Source of the DNA: Caldilineaceae bacterium
Lineage (GTDB): Bacteria > Chloroflexota > Anaerolineae > Caldilineales > Caldilineaceae
Length of the DNA stretch: 64,000 nt
Direction of reading: 5' to 3'
Assembly (NCBI GenBank): GCA_965232575.1
Contig: CBDDPZ010000009.1
Coordinates: 161,217-225,216 of the forward strand
The translations under genes were made by a program, and so were the position numbers. The notes beneath the pieces are model-generated. The model was not told the DNA's origin. It worked only from the letters and a program-made list of their open reading frames with translations, and ran no database searches. This document shows positions 27,548 through 36,314 of this stretch, one piece after another (within the stretch, counting starts at the first letter, position 1; each line of letters opens with the position of its first letter).

Positions 27548-29164
27548 ATGAGCCGTTCCTCAGTGCTTTCACGCCGCCTAAATCCAAATGGGGCGCTCGA
27601 CAGGTTACTGAACCGCCAAATGCCCGCGGGATGGCGCATTGAGTTGCGCAGCGGCTGGCCCCTTCTCTTCATTCCACTTCTCGTTTTCATGCAACTTCTT
27701 GGTCCCAGCCCGATCTGGGTAGCGCTCCTGATCTGTTTGGTCGGCCTTTACGCAGTCAGCTATGCCTGGGTCCGTAATCAGGTCCAGCAGATTTACTTTG
27801 AGCGGCGGCGAGAAGGAGCGATGCTGGTGGTAGGCGACGCTTTGCAGGAGCGGTTCATTGTTCGCAATGAGAGTGCCCTGCCGCTGCACTGGCTCGAGTT
27901 TGCCGACAGTTCGCGCCTGCCCGGATACAATCCGAGACAGGTGGTCAGTTGCGGTAGCGGCAGCAGCTACCAGTGGAGGGCGGAGGCACACTGCACACAA
28001 CGTGGTGTTTTCCGACTGGGACCGCACACGCTTCGGACTGGCGATCCGTTTGGATTATTCGGCATGGAAATTGCGGAAACCAAGTCGGAATCTCTACTCG
28101 TATATCCCAGGGTGGCACACATTCCGGAGTTGGAATTACCGAGGGGGAGCTCTTCCGGCCAGGACCGACGCCGTCGAGCCTACAGCGGCTCGGAACGTGC
28201 GCAAGCTGTGAGGGCGTATCAGCCGGGAGACAGTCTGCGCCATGTGCACTGGCCAATCAGTGCAAGGAAGGGTGAATTGATAGTCACGGACGTCGAAACG
28301 GAACCCAGCGGTGACTTGTGGATAGTTCTGGACGTCAACCGCCTGGTTCAGTCCGGCAAGGCTGAGGAAAGCACGCTTGAGACGAGTATTATCCTTGCGG
28401 CCAGCGTTGCGGCCGAGTTTCTGGGTGGAGGTGAAAGAAGATCCGTTGGTCTTCTGGCGGCGCCAGCTGCCGAGATGTCATCCCAGAAGCTTGAGTGGCA
28501 GGACTCCGCAAGCGAGCAACTAGAACTAGAGATCGGCTCAATTGAAGACTATGTCGGAACCTGGACAGGAAACGGAGAGGTGGGTCAACGGAGTCCTACT
28601 CCAATGCTGGTAGATGTCCCGCCACAGCCGGGCAAGGGCCAGGTTTGGCGGATCTTGGCGGCACTGGCCCCTGTTCAAGCAGGCGATCTGTCCCTCGACG
28701 ATCTCCTGCGCCGCAGCCGGGGAACTTTCAGCGCCGGCCAGACTGTCCTGGCAATTACTTCGGACATAGGGGAGGGAGTCCAGGACTGGACTGCGGAGTT
28801 ACTGCATTTGCGTCAAGGAGGCGTGCCGGCCAGTGTGCTTGCTGTGACACCCGCAGCCACACTTTATGACGAATCGCCTGAAGTCGGAGAAACGGGCGTC
28901 GAGGCACGGACTCAAACTTACCCTGGGGACCCTTCCCCACAGGACATTCTAAAAGAGGAATCGAAATCTGTTCCGAATAACATTACGCAAGAAGCCCAAG
29001 CAAACCTTGTCGATATTCTGGCGAGATATGAGATTCCGCTTCGGTTTATGCAGGCTGGTGCTCGACTGACACCCGCATTGACGTACCGCCGCACGCGTAC
29101 GATTCTGCGTACAACACCAAGCGGCGGGGTCGTTGCCCATCAAGTTGAGGAAGAGGTAGGGTGA
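27548..29164 (+). CDS. DUF58 domain protein (long form)
   Basis: ..AYQPGDSLRHVHWPISARKGELIVTDVETE.. is the DUF58 signature. Two N-terminal TM helices. Long C-terminal extension (538 aa in total). Confidence 0.85.
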   Translation: MSRSSVLSRRLNPNGALDRLLNRQMPAGWRIELRSGWPLLFIPLLVFMQLLGPSPIWVALLICLVGLYAVSYAWVRNQVQQIYFERRREGAMLVVGDALQERFIVRNESALPLHWLEFADSSRLPGYNPRQVVSCGSGSSYQWRAEAHCTQRGVFRLGPHTLRTGDPFGLFGMEIAETKSESLLVYPRVAHIPELELPRGSSSGQDRRRRAYSGSERAQAVRAYQPGDSLRHVHWPISARKGELIVTDVETEPSGDLWIVLDVNRLVQSGKAEESTLETSIILAASVAAEFLGGGERRSVGLLAAPAAEMSSQKLEWQDSASEQLELEIGSIEDYVGTWTGNGEVGQRSPTPMLVDVPPQPGKGQVWRILAALAPVQAGDLSLDDLLRRSRGTFSAGQTVLAITSDIGEGVQDWTAELLHLRQGGVPASVLAVTPAATLYDESPEVGETGVEARTQTYPGDPSPQDILKEESKSVPNNITQEAQANLVDILARYEIPLRFMQAGARLTPALTYRRTRTILRTTPSGGVVAHQVEEEVG

Positions 29165-31563
29165 CCATCGTTAGCGGTATTGACGAAAGGCACGTGGTAA
29201 TCCGGCTATTCCTTTTGGTGGCTGACCGGTTCCGTCCTTCCTTAGGTTGGATGGTTTGGGGAATCGGGCTCGTGATGGCCCTTCTACCAGCCCTTGCGAT
29301 CCGAGAAGCCGAATGGATCGACTTACGCCGCGTGCGCGTCAATCTCGAATGGGTAAGCATATTCAGTCTTTGGAGCGGTTGGTGGCTGGTGGCCCGACTG
29401 CGCGGCTGGGCGGTACACATTCTTCCTCGTAGCGACGGGCACCGGACTGAAGAAGGTAGTAATTCATTTTCACCAGGACGCCGCCGTCTGCAAATGCTCG
29501 CCGTATTCGTAGCCTATGGCCTGAGCTTCTTGCTCTGGCCTTGCCTGGGGACACTGATCGTTTCGCAGGTTCTCGTTCACTGGATTCCCGGCCCAGTCGA
29601 TCTGTGGCGAGCAGCGAACGCCAATGACCTGCTCACGCTGGTCGAAAGGGTGGAGATTGAACTGGACGACCTGGTCTTGCGTTACACAGATTGGGCGAGA
29701 GGCGTAGAGGCTGGAGGCGCATATCAGGACGACTTTGTTTTCCTCACGCTATTTGGGATCGTGTTGTGGTTACTCGGTGGAGTCATAGCGCTGCTCTCTC
29801 TATCGACGCGTAATGGGCTTATCGTGGGTACACCGGCACTGTGGGTGCTGGCAGTATTTCTCTTCTATGGACGGCAGGGCCGCCTTCTAATTCTGATTGG
29901 GTTTGCGGCAGTGCTTCTGCTACACGTTCTGCTTGATCAGCAACGCATGGAAAAACATTGGGTCCGTCACCGAACGGATTTCAGCCCCATGTTGCTGACG
30001 GACCGGATGTTGTCGGTTGGCGCCGGTGCAGTGCTGATCGGGATTACAGCAGCCTTCATGCCAAATGTAGTTGTTCGCCCACTTGCCTACAAAGTGTATC
30101 AGACGATGACCCCAGTCTATGACTCGGTAGACGAAGTTACTGAGCGCATGTTTCCGGATCTGAAGGGAGGAAGGAGGGGTCTGGGCCGTCTGGGAAGCGG
30201 GCTCCCCAACCGATTCCTGCTTGAGGGCGGAACTGAACTTGGCCGCTTCGAAGTGATGCGGGTCTCGACGAACTACCCCTTTGGCGCGGTTACGGAAATG
30301 GGGGACATGCCTCCGCGCCTCTACATGCGACGGGGGACGTTTGTCAACTACGATGGGCGAGGCTGGAACAATAGCGGCCACCAGAGGGGCGCGGCAATCG
30401 AAGCGAATCGAGACTGGCGAAGCGATGACGAGTGGCCGGGACGGGTTGCGCTTACTCAGCGCGTACGGTTGACTGCGCCGACTGCTGTGATGCCCGCTGC
30501 GGGCGAGCCCGCAATGTTTCGGACTGAATATGAACTGGAGAGGCGCTCCGGCGACGACCTGGTTTCCGTCTGGTCTGGCATCGGCCCGGTCGATCGATAT
30601 GAGGTGGTATCCTTTGTGCCCGCCATGCCGGTCGAGAGTTTGCGCGCCTTACCTGCATGGGGCCAGGAAGACGCCGAATTGCCGCCGGAGATGGTCCTGC
30701 ATCTGAGGATTCCGGAAACTGTCACCCCGCGTACGCGCGACCTGGCCGAACGGCTTGCCGAGGGACATCCTGATCCATTTTCCATCGCTGAATCAATTGA
30801 AGCCCATCTGCGCGGTATCGAATACAATCTCGAAGTGCCTGGCCCACCCCCCGGGGCGGATGTGGCCGATTTTTTCCTATTTGACCTTCAGCAAGGGTAT
30901 TGCGATTACTACACGACGGCTTTTGCAGTTCTGGCCCGTTTGAACGGATTGCCCACTCGATTTGCCACCGGCCACATCGGTGGATACTGGGACCTGGAAT
31001 CGGGCGAATGGACGATCACGGAAGCGGAAGCCCACTCCTGGCCGGAGGTCTATTTCCCGGAGATCGGCTGGGTTCCATTCGAGCCGACAGCAGGGAGGCC
31101 CACGTTACAGAGGCAGTCGGCACCGCGGTCTGCGCCGGAGAGTTTCACCAGACAGGGAACGGGCGAGGCGCCGGTGGAATCAAACGCTGATGAATGGTCT
31201 TGGAACTGGCAGTTGCTGTTCTGGCTGCTGCCTCTGGCGGGCCTGCTATATCTGGTGGGGAGGTGGTTCGAACGCAGACCTCAGGACCCTTGGCTCGGTC
31301 TGCTGGCCTGGGGCCGGCGCATCGGCCGGCCCCACCAGCCGAATCAGACCGAATTGGAATACGGCCAAGGCCTTTCGGCCCACCTAGCCGACCATGAAGC
31401 TGAACCTGAGCGGCGACGCAGACTGACCCGAAATGTCATCGGTCTGACCGCAGCTGTCAGCCAGGAGCGCTATGGTACGGCGGCCATTCGCACTGCTGGG
31501 CTGTCGCGGGCGATAGAATTATGGCGCGCGATGCGCAGAGACATTCGTCGACTTCCGTGGTGA
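29161..31563 (+). CDS. transglutaminase-domain membrane protein (TgpA-like)
   Basis: The GTG start overlaps the DUF58 stop (GTGA). Multi-TM N-terminus. Core: ..QQGYCDYYTTAFAVLARLNGLPTRFATG..EAHSWPEVYFPEIGWVPFEPT.. (Cys, His, then an acidic residue). Confidence 0.9.
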   Translation: MTIVSGIDERHVVIRLFLLVADRFRPSLGWMVWGIGLVMALLPALAIREAEWIDLRRVRVNLEWVSIFSLWSGWWLVARLRGWAVHILPRSDGHRTEEGSNSFSPGRRRLQMLAVFVAYGLSFLLWPCLGTLIVSQVLVHWIPGPVDLWRAANANDLLTLVERVEIELDDLVLRYTDWARGVEAGGAYQDDFVFLTLFGIVLWLLGGVIALLSLSTRNGLIVGTPALWVLAVFLFYGRQGRLLILIGFAAVLLLHVLLDQQRMEKHWVRHRTDFSPMLLTDRMLSVGAGAVLIGITAAFMPNVVVRPLAYKVYQTMTPVYDSVDEVTERMFPDLKGGRRGLGRLGSGLPNRFLLEGGTELGRFEVMRVSTNYPFGAVTEMGDMPPRLYMRRGTFVNYDGRGWNNSGHQRGAAIEANRDWRSDDEWPGRVALTQRVRLTAPTAVMPAAGEPAMFRTEYELERRSGDDLVSVWSGIGPVDRYEVVSFVPAMPVESLRALPAWGQEDAELPPEMVLHLRIPETVTPRTRDLAERLAEGHPDPFSIAESIEAHLRGIEYNLEVPGPPPGADVADFFLFDLQQGYCDYYTTAFAVLARLNGLPTRFATGHIGGYWDLESGEWTITEAEAHSWPEVYFPEIGWVPFEPTAGRPTLQRQSAPRSAPESFTRQGTGEAPVESNADEWSWNWQLLFWLLPLAGLLYLVGRWFERRPQDPWLGLLAWGRRIGRPHQPNQTELEYGQGLSAHLADHEAEPERRRRLTRNVIGLTAAVSQERYGTAAIRTAGLSRAIELWRAMRRDIRRLPW

Positions 31564-31595
31564 GGCACTTGACTACCGCCGCTCAAAGAGCCAAC

Positions 31596-32717
31596 TTACT
31601 CCTCGTCTTCGCCTGCTGCATTCTCTAATTCGTCATAAGCCAGCCGAGACAGGTCCGCGGCCAGATCATCAGGGTCTGGCGCGGCGTTTTGTTCCCAAAG
31701 GTCGCCTGCTAGGCGGGCGTAGTCTGCGCGGATACCGTAGTGACGGAAATACTGGCAAACTCTCATTACATCTCTGTTCAGAACGGCCTGCGCGCTGCGA
31801 TTTGTTCGCGTGTCAATCACCTGTGGAAAATCGATAAGCTTGATTTCGCCTTGCCAGTAGAGGATGTTGAAGGAGGACAGATCGCCGTGAACAAAGCCTT
31901 CCGTCAGCATCGTAGCAATGCTTTCCAGTGTTCGCTCAAAAAGCGGGCCGGTTTCTTCGTCTTCTAAACCTACTTCATGGAGCGTCGGCGCTGCTATTTG
32001 CTCGTCGCCGATGTACTCCATCAGTATCGCGTTCTCTCCCACGCCGCAGGGCATCGGCACTGGCACTCCGGCTGCATGGAGAATCTGCAAGGCGGAAAAC
32101 TCGTACATAAGCCAGGATGTATGGCGAACCTGAACGCCAAAAGCCGTTTTCTTGTTGACAGCTCTCGCAGTTCGGTCGTCTCGGGGTCTGATTGCTTGAG
32201 GCCTCCCGTCCTCTGAGCTTAGAAGCTGCCGGCCTTCCCTGTACATGGCATCGTTGCTCAAGTTCCGAAACTGGCGAGGACGGTAGACTTTCGCTGCTAT
32301 CCATTCAACATCCATTGATGGATGTGCTCTACAGCGATAAACATTGGCCTCTTTCCCGCCCTTTACCAGCGCCATGACATCAATGATCTGTTCCTGTTCA
32401 TAGAAGGGCTGTAAGGACTCTCTCAGAAAGCCTCCTTCAAATCGCGCGGGCGTGTAGGAAATTTCCCAAACGTTTTCCAGCCCTGCAACTTCGGCTAACT
32501 GTTGCACCTGGGCGCGGTGCATTTCAAATCGCTGTTGTTCATTTCTCGGTTTGCGGGGAAAACGGTGAGTGGGGTCGGCAAGACCAAACTTTTTTTCGTA
32601 GTATTCCAGTTCTGCCTGCTCTTCGTCCCACTGCATGTCCGAATCCTGAGAAGACGGATAGTCCTCTTGATGGAACTGCTCCTCGCGGTCCCTGTCATTC
32701 TTGGCTGATATGTCCAA
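31596..32717 (-). CDS. RIO1-family atypical protein kinase/ATPase
   Basis: ..VKGGKEANVYRC.. (STGKEA-type loop), ..AAKVYR.., ..ILMEYIGD.., ..FVHGDLSSFNILYWQGEIKLIDFPQ... Acidic N-terminal region of about 110 aa. Start uncertain (TTG 32717 without SD, or ATG at Met28 with AGGA). Confidence 0.85.
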   Translation of the reverse strand: MDISAKNDRDREEQFHQEDYPSSQDSDMQWDEEQAELEYYEKKFGLADPTHRFPRKPRNEQQRFEMHRAQVQQLAEVAGLENVWEISYTPARFEGGFLRESLQPFYEQEQIIDVMALVKGGKEANVYRCRAHPSMDVEWIAAKVYRPRQFRNLSNDAMYREGRQLLSSEDGRPQAIRPRDDRTARAVNKKTAFGVQVRHTSWLMYEFSALQILHAAGVPVPMPCGVGENAILMEYIGDEQIAAPTLHEVGLEDEETGPLFERTLESIATMLTEGFVHGDLSSFNILYWQGEIKLIDFPQVIDTRTNRSAQAVLNRDVMRVCQYFRHYGIRADYARLAGDLWEQNAAPDPDDLAADLSRLAYDELENAAGEDEE

Positions 32718-33336
32718 AGTCTAAGCATTCCTTTTGTTGTGGCGCTGTTTTCGTTTCCAGTCGCTAAGAGTTCATTTGGCCCTCAGACAAGAGTCGTTCC
32801 CATTTGCAGAATCTGGGGCGCGTCGAACCAAGTGCAAGCGCGGCCCGGCGATCCAGTGCGCCTCCGAACGCCGAGATGGACGGTCAGAGGCTGGTATTGT
32901 TCAAGTTGGGCAGGATCGAAAAGGCCGCAAGCGGGGTAACGCCGGCAGCCTCACAGTAGAGGGGCAGATAATTCTGTAGCCAGGAAGAAGAATGGTGCCG
33001 AGGCACGCTGAGAATCAGAGTTCTCTACGACCGCTCCAGCAAATACCCAGCTAGCTGCACTCCATATGCAGGCAGATACCCAGTAGACTCTTTTTCTTGT
33101 TAATCTTTCTCATATGGAGCCTCCTTTCACTCGAATCGATGGAAAGAGATTTGCGGCAATTAGCTCGAGGGGTGGCCAAACTTCAAGTGAAATCTAGCAC
33201 ATAATTCGCCGTACGCAAAACGCGCGGGCCAGGCAGGGCTTTTCTGAGATTTCGGCTTTCAGCCCCCGTGAGAAGGCAAGTCGTCAATTGGGACAGACAG
33301 TAACGTGCAGATTCTGCCGCCCTGCTTTAGAAGCCA

Positions 33337-33699
33337 TTAAGTCTCCTGTAACTCTACGAGACGTCCATCAGGATCGCGCGTATAGGCTGACCGACCCCAA
33401 GGATAAGTAGTTGGAGCGATTGCTCCCGGAAAATCGCTTAAGTCAGTCCCAGTCCATGCCCTGTCTAACGACTTCACGGCAATAGCGATGTGATCCTCGT
33501 TCGGAGGACCTCCTGCGCTGACTTCATAGCCTGGATTGGCCGGCTCACGGTGATGAATCAGAATATGCATGCCCTCCAACTGAAAAAGCGCCATCTGATC
33601 GGACTGGAAAGCGGGGCCTCCGCCAAGCAACTCTTCATAGAAGGCGGCAAGTGAAGGCACGTCCTGAGTGAATAAGGCAAGTTCGACAAGTGAGCGCAT
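33337..33699 (-). CDS. VOC (glyoxalase/bleomycin-resistance/dioxygenase) family protein
   Basis: Only the C-terminal 120 codons of ORF 33337..34044 look real. ATG 33699 has GAGGAG upstream. The rest of that ORF overlaps the cupin gene in another frame. ..MRSLVELALFTQDVPSLAAFYEELLG..GMHILIHHRE..EDHIAIAV..SAYTRDPDGRLVEL... Confidence 0.85.
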   Translation of the reverse strand: MRSLVELALFTQDVPSLAAFYEELLGGGPAFQSDQMALFQLEGMHILIHHREPANPGYEVSAGGPPNEDHIAIAVKSLDRAWTGTDLSDFPGAIAPTTYPWGRSAYTRDPDGRLVELQET

Positions 33700-33742
33700 G
33701 GCATTTGGCTCCTCATTGGGATTACAGTGCGTAGGTGCCGGA

Positions 33743-34264
33743 TTAGCGAAGATCGTGGAGAATCTGCTGTTGAGCCGGATAGCGGGCCAGCAGTGAGCCG
33801 AACTGTTCATCGTCGGGAAGAGAAAAGTCCTCATCGCTGTAGGCTGGCGCCAGAGAACAGGCCATGAGCGCCCAGCTCCCACCGTCCAGCAAACGTGCGC
33901 CGAACCAACTGTGCGCCGGGACAACCGCCTGAACGGTCTCTCCCTCCAGCAAGTTGTGTCCCAACCTGTATTTCGTGTAGCCAGTTTTAATCCCAAACAA
34001 ATACAATTCAACCAAATCCCCAAAATAAAAATGCCAAATTTCATCAGTTTCCAACCTGTGCAGGCATGACTTCATCTCCGCTGTCAGCAGATAATAAATC
34101 ACCGACGAAATAGGCCGTTCAGATCTGATCGATGGAGGCAAAACGCTGGCGGGAAGTTGCAGAGGGCCGTTGTAAGTAGGACGGTAGTAGCCGCCCTCAA
34201 CAGGTAGCGGTTTCAGGTTGAGAATTCGAATGATGTCAGCGGCAGAAATGTCTGAGATTCGCAT
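33743..34264 (-). CDS. cupin (DUF985 / cupin_5) family protein
   Basis: ..LKPLPVEGGYYRPTY.., ..SVIYYLL.., ..LHRLETDEIWHFYFG.., ..VVPAHSWFGARL... Starts 6 nt after the SDR stop. Confidence 0.85.
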   Translation of the reverse strand: MRISDISAADIIRILNLKPLPVEGGYYRPTYNGPLQLPASVLPPSIRSERPISSVIYYLLTAEMKSCLHRLETDEIWHFYFGDLVELYLFGIKTGYTKYRLGHNLLEGETVQAVVPAHSWFGARLLDGGSWALMACSLAPAYSDEDFSLPDDEQFGSLLARYPAQQQILHDLR

Positions 34265-34270
34265 AGTCGA

Positions 34271-35116
34271 CTAAAACACCGACGCAACTTTAACACCACC
34301 ATCAACCGTGAGTATTATTCCAGTTATCCAACGAGCCAAAGGAGATGCAAGGAAAAGGCAAGCGTCCGCGATGTCTTCCGCAGTGCCCAGGCGCTCCAGA
34401 GGAGCCCGCTCTCGCCAGCGCTGCACGCCGTCCGGCCATGCTTGTGCCAGGCCGGGGCGATCTATTAGGCCCGGCGCGACCGCATTGACACGTATTCCGT
34501 GTTTCGCCAGCTCCAGGGCTGCGTTTCTCGTGTATTGCTCCACACCCGCCTTGGCAGCAGTGTAGTGACTGTGCGCAAATGCAGTTGAAGTGGCTTCGAT
34601 TGAGGAGATGTTGATGATCGTTCCGTCGCTTTCCTTCTCATCTCGCCTCGTTGACAACTCAATCATCGCCCGTGCCGCCCGCTGAGTACAGAGGTGAGTA
34701 CCAGTCAGATTGTTAGCCAAAACCCGCTTCCACGCCTCGTCTGCCATCTCCAACAGCGGCGAAAGCGGGTAGATGCCAGCGTTGTTGACCAACACGTTCA
34801 GCGATCCATACTGACGTATTGTCTGTGAAAACAGCTTGTCGACGTCAGCGGCCCGTGTTACGTCGGCCTGTAAGGCCATTGCGTGCCCACCTTCAGCCTG
34901 AATTTGCTCGACGACCGCTCCTGCTGCTTCTTCGGCCTGCGCGTAGTTCACAACTACCGATGCGCCCGCTTCGGCGAAGCGCTTGGCGATTCCAGCGCCA
35001 ATGCCCCGGCTGGCACCGGAGATAAGAGCAACTTGGCCCGAAAAGTCGAGTGCGTTTGCCAGGTCTGGTGCTTGCTCAGGCATTGCAGTTCTCCGTTCAT
35101 CGAATGTAGCGGTCAT
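34271..35116 (-). CDS. SDR family oxidoreductase (FabG-like)
   Basis: ..VALISGASRGIGAGIAKRF.., ..NNAGI.., ..SS..YTAAKAG.. (TGxxxGxG, NNAG, YxxxK). Start ATG 35116 or ATG 35083 (GGAG SD). Confidence 0.92.
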   Translation of the reverse strand: MTATFDERRTAMPEQAPDLANALDFSGQVALISGASRGIGAGIAKRFAEAGASVVVNYAQAEEAAGAVVEQIQAEGGHAMALQADVTRAADVDKLFSQTIRQYGSLNVLVNNAGIYPLSPLLEMADEAWKRVLANNLTGTHLCTQRAARAMIELSTRRDEKESDGTIINISSIEATSTAFAHSHYTAAKAGVEQYTRNAALELAKHGIRVNAVAPGLIDRPGLAQAWPDGVQRWRERAPLERLGTAEDIADACLFLASPLARWITGIILTVDGGVKVASVF

Positions 35117-35401
35117 TTCTCAACTTCCAGTCATGATAATACAGACGTTCTGCGGCTACAATTCCCGGTCTTGAATAGGTTATGTGACTAAGAGACGAGC
35201 TATCCCGATGTTGACTACTATGAGGAGGTGCAAGCATCGAGAAAACCGTTGGTCCCCGGAGTCCTTGATCGGTAGCTTGAAAGAAGCTTGTTCAGGTTAA
35301 TGTGCGAGGTCTACTTCAATTCCATGTAGCTTATTTTGTCGTCGATAGGAGTAAGTCATGAAACCCGGTCAAACGAGCTGGCTTGCTGGCAAGCCGCGCA
35401 G

Positions 35402-35430
35402 TTGACCCCTCATGCTTATTTGTGTACGAT
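35402..35430 (+). promoter_or_regulatory. putative promoter (TTGACC-17-TACGAT)
   Basis: TTGACC at 35402..35407, 17-nt spacer ending in TG, TACGAT at 35425..35430. It lies about 40 nt upstream of the PhyH gene (AGGAGAG SD). Confidence 0.5.
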
Positions 35431-35471
35431 TTCCTAATCTTCAGCATTTACCAACGAGATAGGAGAGACTC

Positions 35472-36260
35472 ATGCTTACTCTTGCCCAAAAGCGGGAATT
35501 CTACGATGAAGGTTACCTGAAAATCCCTGGCGTCGTGCCCAAAGTACTGATCGACGAAGCGCTGCGCGCCGTCAATCACTCAATAGGCACGGTCGGTCTA
35601 GGGGGTGAAGATATGGAAAACAATCGGTCAGCCTTCCACTGTGCCGAGTTATTGAGGGCGCCGGTTATATTGGACCTGTTCAATAAGTCACCGGTAATTG
35701 AAATCGTCGAGGAGTTAATGGGGAAGGACAACGTTTTGCCCATCATTCAGGCTAAACCCTATCCCCGTTTTCCGCTTCCCCTAGGCGAAGATGCACCGGA
35801 GCCGCGGGGCCATATCGACGGTATCGGTAGCGGAACAAACGGCATGCCGAAAGGATATTACAATAGGGGATTTACCGCCTTCGCGGTCGTGTACCTGGCT
35901 GATCTGTTGGAGACGAACGCGGGCAATTTCACCGTCTGGCCCAAATCGCATCACGCCTTCGAAAGATATTTTCAAGAAAACGGCCATGAAGTTTTGGCCA
36001 ATGGAAGGCCCGACATCCCTCTTCCTGAAGGTCCTGTGATGGTTACAGGGAGGGCCGGCGACCTGATCCTGGCCCACTACCTGATGTTCCACACTGGAGG
36101 ACCGAACAGCTCCCCGAACGTGCGCCATGCAGTCATTTCCCGCCTTCGTCACAAAGAGGTGGAAGGCAACGAATATGCGGGCTACACTGATTTGTGGCGG
36201 GAGTGGCCGGGAATCTCGGAGGCCGTGCTGGGTCAGCCGGTTGAAGCGGCTGGCAACTGA
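35472..36260 (+). CDS. phytanoyl-CoA dioxygenase (PhyH) family Fe(II)/2-oxoglutarate oxygenase
   Basis: ..QKREFYDEGYLKIPGVV.., HxD in ..RGHIDGIG.., distal His in ..HYLMFHTGGPNSSPNVRHAV... Confidence 0.9.
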   Translation: MLTLAQKREFYDEGYLKIPGVVPKVLIDEALRAVNHSIGTVGLGGEDMENNRSAFHCAELLRAPVILDLFNKSPVIEIVEELMGKDNVLPIIQAKPYPRFPLPLGEDAPEPRGHIDGIGSGTNGMPKGYYNRGFTAFAVVYLADLLETNAGNFTVWPKSHHAFERYFQENGHEVLANGRPDIPLPEGPVMVTGRAGDLILAHYLMFHTGGPNSSPNVRHAVISRLRHKEVEGNEYAGYTDLWREWPGISEAVLGQPVEAAGN

Positions 36261-36314
36261 TCGCGGGCTTGTTCTGTTCGTGCAGGCCTCGGCGATTTTA
36301 CGGTTCGGCAGGAG

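Noticed and set aside
32994-33013. GGTGCC..GCTGAGA on the plus strand, resembling the 5' half of a TPP riboswitch.
   Set aside because: The pyrophosphate/pyrimidine-sensing 3' half (CCTGATCYGGRTAATRCC..GCG-type) is absent. Both flanking genes are on the minus strand, so a plus-strand riboswitch would have nothing to regulate.
35358-35405. 15-codon ORF (MKPGQTSWLAGKPRS*) with an AGGAG SD upstream of the first PhyH gene.
   Set aside because: It ends inside the predicted -35 element and therefore lies upstream of the likely transcription start. It is very short and has no supporting feature.
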